Shown here piece after piece: positions 1-9,833 of a stretch of DNA of 64,000 nucleotides. The stretch is from Candidatus Omnitrophota bacterium. GTDB taxonomy: Bacteria > Omnitrophota > Omnitrophia > Omnitrophales > Aquincolibacteriaceae. How positions within the stretch are numbered: the first letter of the stretch is position 1; each line of letters begins with the position of its first letter. The DNA is taken from positions 15,825 through 79,824 of the forward strand of contig JAKJDL010000005.1 of assembly GCA_022705945.1 (NCBI GenBank), in the 5' to 3' direction. The position numbers and the translations under genes are program-made. The notes beneath the pieces were generated by a model. It made no database searches, was not told the DNA's origin, and saw only the letters and a list, made by a program, of their open reading frames with translations.

Positions 1-768
1 GATGCTTTTCTCAAGAAATTCGTGAATGACGAAGGGGATGTGGATTATGCCGCGGCGCAAAGGGATGCTTCTTTGTTGAACGACTACCTCAAGAGTCTTG
101 CGGCTCAAAACCCCCTTGAAATCTCCTCGGAATGGCCCCGCGAAGAGGCTATGGCGTTCTGGATGAATGCTTACAATGCGGGAGTGATCAAAATTATTCT
201 CGATCACTATCCGGTACGTAGCATCGACCAGATCCCAAGTGCCTGGGATATGACGGTCATTCATGTCGGGCTTGAGCAGTATAGTCTCAACCAGATTCGC
301 GCGTCAAAACTGATTCAAAACTACCGCGATGAAAAGATCCATTTGGCTCTTTCATGCGGGGCCCGAAGTTGTCCCCGGCTTCACAGGGAGGCGTTCACGG
401 GAAGTAATGCGGAGGGGCGGATTTTTCTTGCCGCCCGTGAATTCTTGAACAATCCAGGTAACGTTCAGATTGTTCCGGGGAAAAGGAAGCTTTATCTTTC
501 GAGATTGTTTAAATGGTATGGCCGTGATTTCAACTTAGACTTCGGAACGCCCGAGCAGATAGGCAAATTTACAAGGGACGAGATGTCAATATTATCGTTC
601 CTCATCTACTACCTTGAGGATCTTGATAAAATTGAATATCTGGAGGGGGGGAAATATAAGATTGCTTATTTTCCGTTTGATTCCGCGCTGAATGATTGGA
701 AAGGGTCAGCTTCAACGAATCCGGGGTTGCCTGCGGGGGGTATCTCGCGCCCCTTGGAGACATCTTAG
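1..768 (+). CDS. DUF547 domain protein, 5'-truncated by the window edge (reading frame open from nt 1)
   Basis: Frame 1 is open from the first base. The conserved DUF547 core 'LALSCGARSCPRL' and family-like N-terminal region are present. Stop at 766-768. Confidence 0.6.
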   Translation, partial: DAFLKKFVNDEGDVDYAAAQRDASLLNDYLKSLAAQNPLEISSEWPREEAMAFWMNAYNAGVIKIILDHYPVRSIDQIPSAWDMTVIHVGLEQYSLNQIRASKLIQNYRDEKIHLALSCGARSCPRLHREAFTGSNAEGRIFLAAREFLNNPGNVQIVPGKRKLYLSRLFKWYGRDFNLDFGTPEQIGKFTRDEMSILSFLIYYLEDLDKIEYLEGGKYKIAYFPFDSALNDWKGSASTNPGLPAGGISRPLETS

Positions 769-858
769 ACTCCCCACAGACCCCCGCGCTATCTTGTTGT
801 CCTGATCTGTTATCCTAACCTATTTAAAATCAAACAGTTAGGATTTCCTCAAAAAGCA

Positions 859-887
859 TTGACAGGGCGGGTAGATTCCCATAAAAT
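859..887 (+). promoter_or_regulatory. Sigma70-like promoter upstream of rplU (TTGACA-17-TAAAAT)
   Basis: TTGACA at 859-864, 17-nt spacer, TAAAAT at 882-887, about 34 nt upstream of the rplU start. An inverted repeat TCCTAAC...GTTAGGA at about 806-845 may be an L21-leader-type structure. Confidence 0.5.
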
Positions 888-920
888 ACCGCCTTCTCTC
901 AGGGAAAAAAGGAGTAATTT

Positions 921-1241
921 ATGTCTATTTACGCAATTGTAGAAACAGGCTCCAAGCAGTATTGGGTTGAGCCTAAGTCCGTGCTGGACGTGGAGTTATT
1001 GGAAGGGGCGGAAGGCCAAAAAGAGGTTGTTTTGGACAGGGTTCTTTTCTTTACGGATGGAGCGAAAACCAGCGTCGGGACTCCGGTTGTTAAGGGGGCC
1101 CGGGTTGTCTGCGAAAACCTGGGTGCTGTGCGGGCTCCCAAAGTGATTCATTATCGTATGCGGCGCCGTAAGGCCTCTCGCCGCAAACACGGGCATCGGC
1201 AGGAACTCCTCCGGTTGCTCGTCAAAGAGATCAAGGCCTGA
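921..1241 (+). CDS. rplU: 50S ribosomal protein L21
   Basis: N-terminus '[25 protein letters not shown]' is the canonical L21 start. Size 106 aa, RBS AAAAAGGAG. Tandem TGA-TAA stop. Confidence 0.95.
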   Translation: MSIYAIVETGSKQYWVEPKSVLDVELLEGAEGQKEVVLDRVLFFTDGAKTSVGTPVVKGARVVCENLGAVRAPKVIHYRMRRRKASRRKHGHRQELLRLLVKEIKA

Positions 1242-1266
1242 TAATCATTCGGTAGGTGAGGGGAAA

Positions 1267-1509
1267 ATGGCACATACAAAGAGTCAAGGTAGCAGTACTA
1301 ACGGGCGCGATTCAAACGCTCAAAGATTAGGCGTCAAGGTCTTTGGCGGTCAGAAGATTCGCGCGGGAGGCATTATTGTGCGCCAGCGGGGGACGCGTTA
1401 TCGTCCCGGGCAGCATGTTGGGATCGGCAATGATCATACTCTTTTTGCTAAAAAGGACGGGGTTGTCGAATTCAAGGCGAACAGATTCGTGCACGTTATT
1501 CCGGGTTAA
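1267..1509 (+). CDS. rpmA: 50S ribosomal protein L27
   Basis: '[29 protein letters not shown]' is the canonical L27 signature. 80 aa, immediately downstream of rplU. Confidence 0.95.
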   Translation: MAHTKSQGSSTNGRDSNAQRLGVKVFGGQKIRAGGIIVRQRGTRYRPGQHVGIGNDHTLFAKKDGVVEFKANRFVHVIPG

Positions 1510-1529
1510 TCTCCATTGTTAAGATGAAA

Positions 1530-1572
1530 AAGGCTAAAAAGCGAAACAGGCGCTTTTTAGCCTTTTTCTTTT
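1530..1572 (+). terminator. Rho-independent terminator after rpmA
   Basis: Inverted repeat AAGGCTAAAAAGCG ... CGCTTTTTAGCCTT followed by a T-rich run (TTTTCTTTTT). Confidence 0.6.
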
Positions 1573-1584
1573 TGGAGGCACTAA

Positions 1585-2556
1585 GTGCTGGTCGATAAAA
1601 TCCATTTGCTTGTTCAAGGGGGGCGCGGAGGTAACGGTTGCGAAAGTTACTTTCATCGGATTGACAGAAAAATTGTGCCGAATGGCGGCGATGGCGGCGA
1701 TGGCGGGAGCGTGATTTTTCGGGCGTCACGAAACGCACCCGGTCTGGATCGTCTTAAACTGAAGCAACACATTATTGCTCCAGCCGGTGCGCATGGGGGA
1801 GCCAACCATAAACGAGGGGCCTGCGGTGACGATCTTGTGGTCCTGGTTCCTGTCGGGACCTCGATCTATAACCGCATGAATCATCTTGCTATCCGTGATC
1901 TGAACCAGGATCAGGCAGAAGTGGTTGTGGCCCGCGGCGGCAAAGGCGGCGTCGGTAATATCGGTGACAAAAAGGCGACGGCCGGTGAGGACGGTGAGCA
2001 GATTGAGCTTGAGCTTGAATGCCTGCTTTCGGCGGATGTTTTCCTCGTTGGTTTACCCAACGCGGGAAAATCGGCTTTCCTTCACCGTTTGACCAAGGCC
2101 CATGTTGAAGGCAAGGAGTATCCGTTCTCGACTACCAGACCGGTACTCGGTGTTTATGAATACGATGATTATAAACAGGTCAATTTTTGTGAGCTTCCTT
2201 CGATTTTCGAAGGATCGACCAGGGGGAGGGGGCTCGGAACCGATTATCTGAAACACCTTGCGCATGCCAGGGTGATCCTCTATATGCTGGATGCGGTGCC
2301 GCAATTTGCCGAGTCGTTGCCGGACGGCTATCATACCTTGCGAAAGATTGTTCAGGAATACAATTCGGCGTTCCTGCAGATTCCCAGCGCGATAGTTGTT
2401 AACAAGATCGATTTGGCAGCAGATCCCGGGAAGATCCAGGAGGAGATGGAAAAACTTGGGCAGCTTTATTTTTTGATTTCCGTGCAAACGGGCGAAGGGA
2501 TAGAATCTCTTATGGAATTTATCAAGGAGCAGGTTGAAAGTGATCGGAATGCCTAG
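1585..2556 (+). CDS. obg: GTPase Obg/CgtA
   Basis: Obg N-terminal glycine-rich fold 'KIHLLVQGGRGGNGCESYFHR...PNGGDGGDGGSV'. G-domain 'VGLPNAGKSAFL'. Conserved rplU-rpmA-obg synteny. GTG start. Confidence 0.9.
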   Translation: MLVDKIHLLVQGGRGGNGCESYFHRIDRKIVPNGGDGGDGGSVIFRASRNAPGLDRLKLKQHIIAPAGAHGGANHKRGACGDDLVVLVPVGTSIYNRMNHLAIRDLNQDQAEVVVARGGKGGVGNIGDKKATAGEDGEQIELELECLLSADVFLVGLPNAGKSAFLHRLTKAHVEGKEYPFSTTRPVLGVYEYDDYKQVNFCELPSIFEGSTRGRGLGTDYLKHLAHARVILYMLDAVPQFAESLPDGYHTLRKIVQEYNSAFLQIPSAIVVNKIDLAADPGKIQEEMEKLGQLYFLISVQTGEGIESLMEFIKEQVESDRNA

Positions 2557-3667
2557 TCATATCAAGAATGCCAAACGGATCGTTGTCAAAATCGGGACCA
2601 GTATTCTGAGGACCCCCTCTGAAAGTTTTTCTCACAAGGAACATTTAAGGATTTGTGACGAGATTTATTCTCTGTTGAGGATGAAGAAGCAGCCTGTTGT
2701 TGTGAGTTCGGGAGCGATCGCTCTCGGCATGAAGTCTACCGGTATTAAAAAGCGCCCCAAAGAAATGCCGGCGCTTCAGGCTTGCGCCGCGATCGGTCAG
2801 GGGAAATTGATCGGCGCTTATGAGAGTTATTTTTTAAAAAAAGGGATTCATACGGCCCAGGTGCTGTTGACGCGGGATGGATTGGAAAACCGCAAGAGGT
2901 TTCTTTGCTCCCGGGACGCCATGCAGAAGCTGCTTGAAATGAACGTTCTGCCGATCGTCAACGAAAACGATACCGTGGCCGTCGAAGAGATCGCTTTCGG
3001 GGACAATGATATCCTTTCCGTCCATGTGGCCCACTTGGTGGGGGCAGATCTTCTCATTAATCTTTCGGATGCAGAGGGTTTTCTTCTCAAAGACGGCACG
3101 AGAGTCCGCGAAGTAACATCAGAAGATGAAATCGATACCAAGCTTCTGATGCATCTTTCGGATACCAGGCGTGAGGAAACGGTCGGCGGGATGCGTGCGA
3201 AGCTTGTTGCCGCCCGTGTCGCCATGCGCCTCGGGATTCCTTTTATGATCGTCAATGGCCACAGGCCGAATATCCTGAAGGAGATTCTTGACGGGAGTGA
3301 TGTAGGCACTTTTTTTATACCTTCCAAAGAAAAGAAAGACCAGCGGCGTAAATGGATTGCCTTTTCGGCGGTGCGCAAAGGGATTCTGACCGTGGATGAG
3401 GGGGCATTTGATGCCTTGGCAAACCGGCATAAAAGTCTTTTGCCCGGCGGGATTTCCAAAGTTCAGGGGAATTTTGAAGAAGGAGAAGTCGTTGAATTGC
3501 AGACCGCGGGGGGAAGAGTTTTCGGGCGAGGGGTCGTAAAGTACAACAGCAAGGATCTCGCGCGTATCATGGGGAAACGCACTGACCGGATCCGGGAGCT
3601 TTTGGGCCGTGAATCCTCTTGTGAAATTATTCATCGAAATGATCTTGTGCTATGGAGCGCACGATAA
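2534..3667 (+). CDS. proB: Glutamate 5-kinase with C-terminal PUA domain
   Basis: 'RIVVKIGTSIL' amino-acid kinase N-terminus and a PUA domain at the C-terminus. proA lies immediately downstream. The true start may be the ATG at 2549 (MPSHIKNAKRIVVKIG). Confidence 0.9.
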   Translation: MKVIGMPSHIKNAKRIVVKIGTSILRTPSESFSHKEHLRICDEIYSLLRMKKQPVVVSSGAIALGMKSTGIKKRPKEMPALQACAAIGQGKLIGAYESYFLKKGIHTAQVLLTRDGLENRKRFLCSRDAMQKLLEMNVLPIVNENDTVAVEEIAFGDNDILSVHVAHLVGADLLINLSDAEGFLLKDGTRVREVTSEDEIDTKLLMHLSDTRREETVGGMRAKLVAARVAMRLGIPFMIVNGHRPNILKEILDGSDVGTFFIPSKEKKDQRRKWIAFSAVRKGILTVDEGAFDALANRHKSLLPGGISKVQGNFEEGEVVELQTAGGRVFGRGVVKYNSKDLARIMGKRTDRIRELLGRESSCEIIHRNDLVLWSAR

Positions 3668-4938
3668 TGCGGGTTTTAAAGAAGAAATGGTGTGAGCTGC
3701 TTGATCGGAACCTTGTAAAAACGGGCACTGCTTCAAAAGCGGCCCAGCAGTGGACTCCCAGTTTTAAAAAGAAGCTTCTCCTCGATATGGCGCGCCGTAT
3801 CGAGTTACGCATCGCCCGGATTTTGAAAGAGAATGAAAAAGACGTCGCAAAAGCCAGAGCGGCGGGTTTGTCCGCAAGCATGATTGACCGACTTGTTTTG
3901 AATGAGCAAAGGATCCGGGCCATGGCAAGGGGAGTGCGGATGGTTGCGGATCTTGAGGATCCTATCGGGAGGACGATTAGTGCCTGGACGAGACCCAACG
4001 GCCTTAAGCTGACAAAGGTTTCTGTCCCCCTTGGAGTCATTTTTATCATTTATGAGTCGCGGCCGAACGTAACGGTTGAGTGCGCCTCGCTTTGTTTGAA
4101 AAGCTCGAATGCCGTCATTTTGCGAGGCGGACGGGAAGCCATGGCATCCAACCATGCGTTTGTCAGCCTTTTTCACGAGTCCCTGGAAAAATTTAAAGTA
4201 TCTCCCTATATCGTGAACCTTATCGGAATGACCGACTATGAGGCTGTCGATTATTTGCTTGAACAGGAAGGCCGAATTGACCTTGTGATTCCGCGAGGAG
4301 GCGAAAAGCTGATCCGCCGTGTTGTGGAGCGCTCCCGGATTCCGGTGGTCAAGCATTACCAGGGGATTTGTCATATTTATATCGATAAAAAAGCTAATTT
4401 GAAAAAGGCGTCGCGCATCGTTTTGAATGCAAAAGTTCAAAGACCGGGTGTTTGTAATGCAATGGAGACGCTTCTGGTGCACAGGACGATAGCCCGCAAA
4501 TTCCTGCCGGGGGTCGGTATCGCTCTGAAAAAGGTTGGCTGCGAGATCCGCGGTGATAAAACGACATGCAAGCTTCTGCCGTATGCGATCCCGGCAGCGA
4601 AAAAAGATTATGGCTGCGAGTTTCTCGATAAGATACTTGCGGTTAAAGTGGTTCGTGATATCGAAGAGGCGATCACACATATTGAAACTTACGGTTCCCG
4701 GCATACGGATGCGATCGTAACGGAGGACTCTAGAGCGGCAGAGATGTTTAAGCTGCGGGTCGATTCTTCATCGGTGATGATTAACGCCTCCACCCGGTTT
4801 GCAGATGGTTTTGAATATGGATTTGGAGCCGAGATCGGTATTTCCACCGATAAGATACATGCCCGCGGTCCGATGGGCCTTGAGGGCCTTACGTCTTATA
4901 AATATATTGTGGAAGGGCAGGGGCAGGTCAGGAATTAA
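3652..4938 (+). CDS. proA: Gamma-glutamyl phosphate reductase
   Basis: Aldehyde dehydrogenase-like ProA motifs ('VILRGGREA', 'IPRGGEKLI'). About 420 aa. Overlaps the proB stop. Confidence 0.9.
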   Translation: MERTIMRVLKKKWCELLDRNLVKTGTASKAAQQWTPSFKKKLLLDMARRIELRIARILKENEKDVAKARAAGLSASMIDRLVLNEQRIRAMARGVRMVADLEDPIGRTISAWTRPNGLKLTKVSVPLGVIFIIYESRPNVTVECASLCLKSSNAVILRGGREAMASNHAFVSLFHESLEKFKVSPYIVNLIGMTDYEAVDYLLEQEGRIDLVIPRGGEKLIRRVVERSRIPVVKHYQGICHIYIDKKANLKKASRIVLNAKVQRPGVCNAMETLLVHRTIARKFLPGVGIALKKVGCEIRGDKTTCKLLPYAIPAAKKDYGCEFLDKILAVKVVRDIEEAITHIETYGSRHTDAIVTEDSRAAEMFKLRVDSSSVMINASTRFADGFEYGFGAEIGISTDKIHARGPMGLEGLTSYKYIVEGQGQVRN

Positions 4939-4950
4939 AGTGGCAGACGC

Positions 4951-5535
4951 ATGAAAATAGGTATTCTTGGTGGGACGTTTGATCCGGTACATGTAGGCCA
5001 TCTTGCGCTTGCAACTTACGCGATCAAACAGTTCAAGCTTGATAAGGTTTTTTTTGTTCTTTCCGCGCGCCCTCCCCACAAACAAGCTGCCCGCCCGATG
5101 AGTTCGGTCCGTCACCGTTTAGCCATGCTCAAACTTGCGGTCGGGGATTCAAAAAAAATGATAGTGTCAAATCTGGAAGTGAGACGGCCCGGTCCCTCGT
5201 ATATGGTTCGGACGCTGAAAAAATTGAGGAAGATGTTCCCTCGGGAGAAACTTTATCTTGTCCTCGGCCAGGACTCGTATGGAAGTCTCAACCGGTGGCA
5301 CCGGCCGGACGAGATCAAGAAAATGGTCCGGTTTCTTGTTGCTAGGCGGCCCGGTTGTGTGGTTCCCAAACATGCCGGGACCCGGACTGCGTGGATCAGG
5401 ATGCCGCCCCTGGATATAGCATCTTCGAAGATTCGAAAGAACTTTGTCGTTAAGACGAAAGAAATGGAGATGCAACTGTCCCCGAAAGTTGCGGATTATG
5501 TGCGCCGACACCGTTTATACAGAAAGGGAATATGA
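4951..5535 (+). CDS. nadD: Nicotinate-nucleotide adenylyltransferase
   Basis: 'MKIGILGGTFDPVHVGHL' (the HxGH nucleotidyltransferase motif). About 190 aa. Confidence 0.9.
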   Translation: MKIGILGGTFDPVHVGHLALATYAIKQFKLDKVFFVLSARPPHKQAARPMSSVRHRLAMLKLAVGDSKKMIVSNLEVRRPGPSYMVRTLKKLRKMFPREKLYLVLGQDSYGSLNRWHRPDEIKKMVRFLVARRPGCVVPKHAGTRTAWIRMPPLDIASSKIRKNFVVKTKEMEMQLSPKVADYVRRHRLYRKGI

Positions 5536-6767
5536 ACGCTTCGTTTGAGTTTGTCCTTGTAGCGATTCTTTTCGTGTTTTCGGGATTTTTTTCTTCATCT
5601 GAAACCGCTCTTTTTTCACTTTCGAAACTTGATAAAAGAAAACTCAAAGAACAATATCCGCGTTTCTCAAAATGGGTTCTGGATCTTTTGGAGCAGCCGC
5701 GCAAAACTCTTGGGACCATTCTGATCGGCAACTTGATCGTGAACACACTCGCGACTACCGTCGCGACTTTTTTTGTGGTCGCAAACTGGGGAGAGAAACA
5801 TCTCGGCTTTGCGATGGCGGTTTTTACGGTGCTTTTGATCGTTTTTTGCGAAACGATGCCGAAGATTCTTGCGGTACGGAATAAAGTAAAGCTTTCGATT
5901 CTGGTCGCTTTACCGCTTAGAATTTTTGTTTTTCTTTTCACTCCCCTCCGCCTTTTGATGCGGTACGCAACCGAGAAAATTCTTTCGGTGATTGTTCGCG
6001 AGAAGATAGAGCAATCCGATATGATTTCAGAAAACGAGCTCAAGGTGCTGGTCAAGATCGGAGAGGAGGAGGGGGTTCTGGGGGGGCAGGAACGCCACAT
6101 GATCCAGAAGCTTCTGGATCTCGGTGAGCGGCCGGTCAAAGACATCATGGTACCCCGGACGGATATGGTTGCCCTCGACGTTGAAGACGGTCCGGAAAAA
6201 CACGATGAACTGATCAGAAAAGCGCACCACGAGCATATGCCGGTTTATGAGGGTTCGCTGGATAATGTTGTGGGTGTGGTGATGTCTCTTGACTATCTTT
6301 TGCACGAGCCGAGGCCGGCCGTGAAGGGGATTATGAAAAAACCTCTTTTTATACCGGAAAGTAAAAAGATCGATGATCTCCTGGAAACTTTTAAGGCGAA
6401 CAAGGAGTGGTTTGCGGTTTGCGTGGATGAATACGGGGGGACTGCCGGGATTGTTACCCAGGAGGATGTCCTGGAGGAGATTTTCGGGGAATTCTACGAC
6501 GAATATGAAAAGGTGGAAAATCCGATCCGGCGGCTTGGGGTGGATCTCTATATCGTGGAAGGGAAAGTTCCGCTCCAGGATTTTAATGACTATTTTTTGG
6601 CAAAACTTGAAGCTGAGGAAGCGTCGACGCTTGGCGGATATCTTTTGGAAAAAATGGGAGTTGTGCCCGTTAAAGAGGCGAAGTATGAGACCGAAGATTT
6701 TGAATTTGTGATCCAGTCAATGATCCGGCAGAGGATCCAGCACGTTCTCGTGAGAAAAAAAATATGA
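5532..6767 (+). CDS. CNNM/DUF21-CBS-CorC_HlyC family membrane protein (hemolysin/Mg-Co efflux-like)
   Basis: N-terminal four-TM DUF21 region, tandem CBS domains, and a C-terminal CorC/HlyC transporter-associated domain. Confidence 0.8.
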   Translation: MNASFEFVLVAILFVFSGFFSSSETALFSLSKLDKRKLKEQYPRFSKWVLDLLEQPRKTLGTILIGNLIVNTLATTVATFFVVANWGEKHLGFAMAVFTVLLIVFCETMPKILAVRNKVKLSILVALPLRIFVFLFTPLRLLMRYATEKILSVIVREKIEQSDMISENELKVLVKIGEEEGVLGGQERHMIQKLLDLGERPVKDIMVPRTDMVALDVEDGPEKHDELIRKAHHEHMPVYEGSLDNVVGVVMSLDYLLHEPRPAVKGIMKKPLFIPESKKIDDLLETFKANKEWFAVCVDEYGGTAGIVTQEDVLEEIFGEFYDEYEKVENPIRRLGVDLYIVEGKVPLQDFNDYFLAKLEAEEASTLGGYLLEKMGVVPVKEAKYETEDFEFVIQSMIRQRIQHVLVRKKI

Positions 6768-7717
6768 TCAGCCTGATGATAGTTTTTTTGTTGTCGCTTG
6801 CGCTCTCGGCGTTTTTCTCGAGCGCTGAGATGGCGTTTGTGTCTTCCAATAAGCTTCAGATCAGAGATATGGCCGAGAAAGGAGACCGTTCGGCTCGCGC
6901 CGTGATGGATCTTTACCGACAAAATCAGGATTTTCTCGCCGCGGTTTTGATCGGACATAATATTGTCAACATTACCGCTACCACGAACGCCGCTTATTTT
7001 TTTGATCATTATCTCGGGGTGAGCAATGAATGGCTTGTCCTTTCGGTGATGGCGCCGGTCCTGATCGTTCTGGGCGAGATGGTGCCGAAAGATTACGGCA
7101 GAATGCGCGCGGTTCCCTTTTTGCTGCGCCATGTTTTTGGGCTGCGGATGCTTCTTAAGGTCTGCTATCTCCCGGGCGTTGTTTTTTTTGGTGCGTTTCG
7201 ATTTTTATGGCCTTCTCTTAAAAAGCGCGAAAAAGAGGATCTTTTTGTCAGCGAGGGGGAGTTCCGGTCTCTGATCGAAGAAAGCACGCACCAGGGTATT
7301 GTCGGCGAGCAGGAAGAGAAGCTCATCCATACGATCCTGGATTTTGAAAGGATCCAGGTTGGCTCCGTTATGATCCCGGTGGATCAAATTTCCATGGTTA
7401 ATATTCAAAGCAACGTTAAGGATGTCAAGGTGTTGGCGCGGGAGCGTCGTTCGCGCATGATGCTTGTTTATGAGGAAATCCCGTCGATCGTTGTCGGTAT
7501 GATTTATGTTTTTGATCTTATATGGAAAGGGGATGAAGCGCAGGGGCTGCATGATTTTTTAAGAGCGCCGATTTTTATTTCCGAGGAGACTTCGATCGAA
7601 AAAGCATTTTTGACCCTCCAGCAAAAACGTCAATCCTACGCTGTCATCACCGCCCGCGGAGGAGATGTCAAGGGTGTGGTTCCTATCGAACGTTTACTTA
7701 TGTTCGAAAGGCATTGA
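6764..7717 (+). CDS. Second CNNM/DUF21-CBS membrane protein (paralog lacking the CorC_HlyC tail)
   Basis: Same DUF21 N-terminus pattern ('FFSSAEMAFVSSNK') plus a CBS pair. Overlaps the previous gene by 4 nt. Confidence 0.75.
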   Translation: MISLMIVFLLSLALSAFFSSAEMAFVSSNKLQIRDMAEKGDRSARAVMDLYRQNQDFLAAVLIGHNIVNITATTNAAYFFDHYLGVSNEWLVLSVMAPVLIVLGEMVPKDYGRMRAVPFLLRHVFGLRMLLKVCYLPGVVFFGAFRFLWPSLKKREKEDLFVSEGEFRSLIEESTHQGIVGEQEEKLIHTILDFERIQVGSVMIPVDQISMVNIQSNVKDVKVLARERRSRMMLVYEEIPSIVVGMIYVFDLIWKGDEAQGLHDFLRAPIFISEETSIEKAFLTLQQKRQSYAVITARGGDVKGVVPIERLLMFERH

Positions 7718-7923
7718 GCCGCTTGCCGGGTTCTATAACACATCAGTTTTTTTAAACTCGCCCAATTTCTTCAAATTTAAAATTTTCTGTTTTTCGGATT
7801 GTTTTCCCGGATTCCTCAATCTGGTGGCGTCTCTTTCCCGGCACGGTTCAAAACTATAAAGCTTTAGAAAGTCCGGTCGTTACATAAGTGTGATCTTATA
7901 CTGATACGAAGGAGACTCCGCCC

Positions 7924-9024
7924 TTGCGAGTTATCGCGATAACGAATCAAAAAGGGGGATGTGGTAAAACCACTACGAGCATTAATTTCTCCGCATGTCT
8001 GCATTTTTTGCAGAAGAGAGTTTTGCTGGTAGACCTTGACCCGCAGGGGCATTCGACTTGCGGCCTCGGGATCAAGACTCCCAAAGGGACCCCGACAATT
8101 TATGAGTTGTTGAGTCCGATCCAGGCCGTCCCACCGTCCATGACGCAGGTCATAAGATCCCTGTATCCCGACTTCGATCTGCTCCCGTCGAATGCTGCCT
8201 TAAATGCTCTCGAAGAAGAATGTAATTTCATGCCGAACAATCAGTTGCTCCTGAGAGAGCTACTGGCAAGGATCAAGGCACAGCATGCGCGGTATGATTT
8301 TGTTGTGCTGGATTGTCCGCCCAATCTCGGGATTTTGACTTGGAACGCTCTGAATGCGGCAGATGAGATTATTATTCCCGTTGAGCCATCTTTCTTTTCC
8401 CTGCACGGACTCGGGAAAATATCTGAAACGATCCAGGTGGTCAACCGGTCACGTTCGGTCCCCATTGAAGTTCATGCGTTGCTTACCATTTTCAACTCAC
8501 TGACCAGTTTCTCGCAAGAAGTTCACGATGAGGTCCGGGCTCATTTCAAAACGCAGCTTTTCCGGACCATCATCCATGAAAATGTAAGCTTGCGCGAAGC
8601 TGCAGCGGCGGGGCAAAGCATCGTTCAGTATGCTCCCGGATCGTCCGCATTTCAGGATTATCTGAATCTGGCGGTCGAATATCTTGAACGTGATTGGGAT
8701 CGGAAGCTTCCGTCGCAGGAGCTTGGGTGGCATAAAGTTTTTCAGAATCATTTTGCCCCCCGTTCAATGCCGGACGGTATTCTGTTTCAGTTCAGCAACA
8801 AGACCGCCGCAACGGTTGAAATAGCCGGGGATTTTAACCACTGGGTCCCGGAACCTTTGGTGCGGCGGAGCGATGACGGGCTTTGGCAGAAGATCATCCG
8901 TGTTGATATGAAAACCTTCCGTTATAAATTTATCGTGGACGGAGAGTGGCAGGTGGATCCGAGCCATCCGCTTCAAAAAGAAAACGCTTACGGCGGGCTG
9001 GATTCTTACGTGGAGCTGTCGTGA
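7924..9024 (+). CDS. ParA/MinD-family ATPase fused to a C-terminal AMPK-beta/CBM48-like glycogen-binding-type domain
   Basis: Deviant Walker A 'NQKGGCGKTT' and ParA fold through about aa 250. The C-terminus 'TVEIAGDFNHWVPEPLVRRSDDGLWQKIIRVDMKTFRYKFIVDGEWQVDPSHP' matches the AMPK1_CBM/CBM48 pattern. Confidence 0.75.
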   Translation: MRVIAITNQKGGCGKTTTSINFSACLHFLQKRVLLVDLDPQGHSTCGLGIKTPKGTPTIYELLSPIQAVPPSMTQVIRSLYPDFDLLPSNAALNALEEECNFMPNNQLLLRELLARIKAQHARYDFVVLDCPPNLGILTWNALNAADEIIIPVEPSFFSLHGLGKISETIQVVNRSRSVPIEVHALLTIFNSLTSFSQEVHDEVRAHFKTQLFRTIIHENVSLREAAAAGQSIVQYAPGSSAFQDYLNLAVEYLERDWDRKLPSQELGWHKVFQNHFAPRSMPDGILFQFSNKTAATVEIAGDFNHWVPEPLVRRSDDGLWQKIIRVDMKTFRYKFIVDGEWQVDPSHPLQKENAYGGLDSYVELS

Positions 9025-9833
9025 CGGGGGGAGCGAAAAAACTTATCCGGGGACTCAAGGATGTCTCCGCGCTCTTTGAATCCCCACAGCAGCCGGTGGT
9101 CAGAAAACTTTCGGACATTCAAATCCTCGGTGTGTCGAGCCCGGATGAGGATGATGATTCTTTGTTGCTTAATACCTATTTTGCTTCCCGAATGGCATCG
9201 GAATCAAAACCTTGTTCCTTGGTTTCACTTTTATCCCGATCTGCGGCCTCCTGTTCATGGCGCGGGGGAATGCAAAAAATAGAACCCTTCGGCCGGAATA
9301 TTAAAAGACATACTTTTTTCTGGGACGAGTTCCGGGAGGTGGTTGAGGCGGGAACGGGGCAGCCGTGGGTTTCCTGTGTTAGCCGGAGTATTTTTATGGA
9401 TTTCCAGTACCAGCATCTGGTCCATTATCCTCGCCTCCTGGAGATTTTGGACAAATGGATTCTTTTTTTGAAGCCCTCGGCGGAGTCGCTGACGGGAGGC
9501 TATAAAATGATTAAGGCTGGCTTGGCCCTGAATCCCCACCTGGAATGCTTTGTCCTGTTTCAAACCAAGGCGGATCCGCCGGCCGACAGCACGATCTTTG
9601 AAAAGTTTGCTGCGCTCGCTTCAAAATATTTAAAAATCCATTTGGGCTGGCTTGGGTGGCTCAATTTGAGTAACAGGGACCGTTTTTTTGAAGCGGAGTT
9701 AAATGTCGATCAGCTCCATTTTTGTCCGGCTCAAACGAGGTCGTCCCCGGAGCAGCTGGCTTTGGCTCATTGGATTGCCCGCGCGGAAGGTACAGGTGAA
9801 TTTTCGAGTTCGGAACGAAAGGTGTTTTCATGA
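9021..9833 (+). CDS. ParA-like paralog with degenerate P-loop (putative pseudo-ATPase); hypothetical
   Basis: GTG at 9021 overlaps the upstream stop. 'IQILGVSSPDEDDDSLLLNTYFA' aligns to the ParA 'VIAVASGKGGVGKTTTAANLA' with PDEDDDS in place of KGGVGKT. The remainder has no recognisable motif. Start uncertain (ORF open from 8946). Confidence 0.4.
   Translation: MTGGAKKLIRGLKDVSALFESPQQPVVRKLSDIQILGVSSPDEDDDSLLLNTYFASRMASESKPCSLVSLLSRSAASCSWRGGMQKIEPFGRNIKRHTFFWDEFREVVEAGTGQPWVSCVSRSIFMDFQYQHLVHYPRLLEILDKWILFLKPSAESLTGGYKMIKAGLALNPHLECFVLFQTKADPPADSTIFEKFAALASKYLKIHLGWLGWLNLSNRDRFFEAELNVDQLHFCPAQTRSSPEQLALAHWIARAEGTGEFSSSERKVFS

Noticed and set aside
3805-4704. Long minus-strand ORFs antisense to confident genes. 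Examples: 3805-4704 over proA, 16953-18029 over argS, 41098-41871 over PFOR, 45029-45601 and 45692-46255 over nrdD, 48417-49064 over the MATE gene, 29274-30080 and 31062-31670 inside the giant gene, 63583-63996 over hcp.
   Set aside because: These are shadow ORFs of strongly supported + strand genes. They have low-complexity, Arg/Pro-rich translations and no motifs or RBSs.
8946-9020. An N-terminal extension of the degenerate ParA-like ORF (ORF open from 8946).
   Set aside because: That stretch lies within the 3' end of the ParA-CBM48 gene in another frame. The GTG at 9021 overlapping the stop is a more plausible coupled start.
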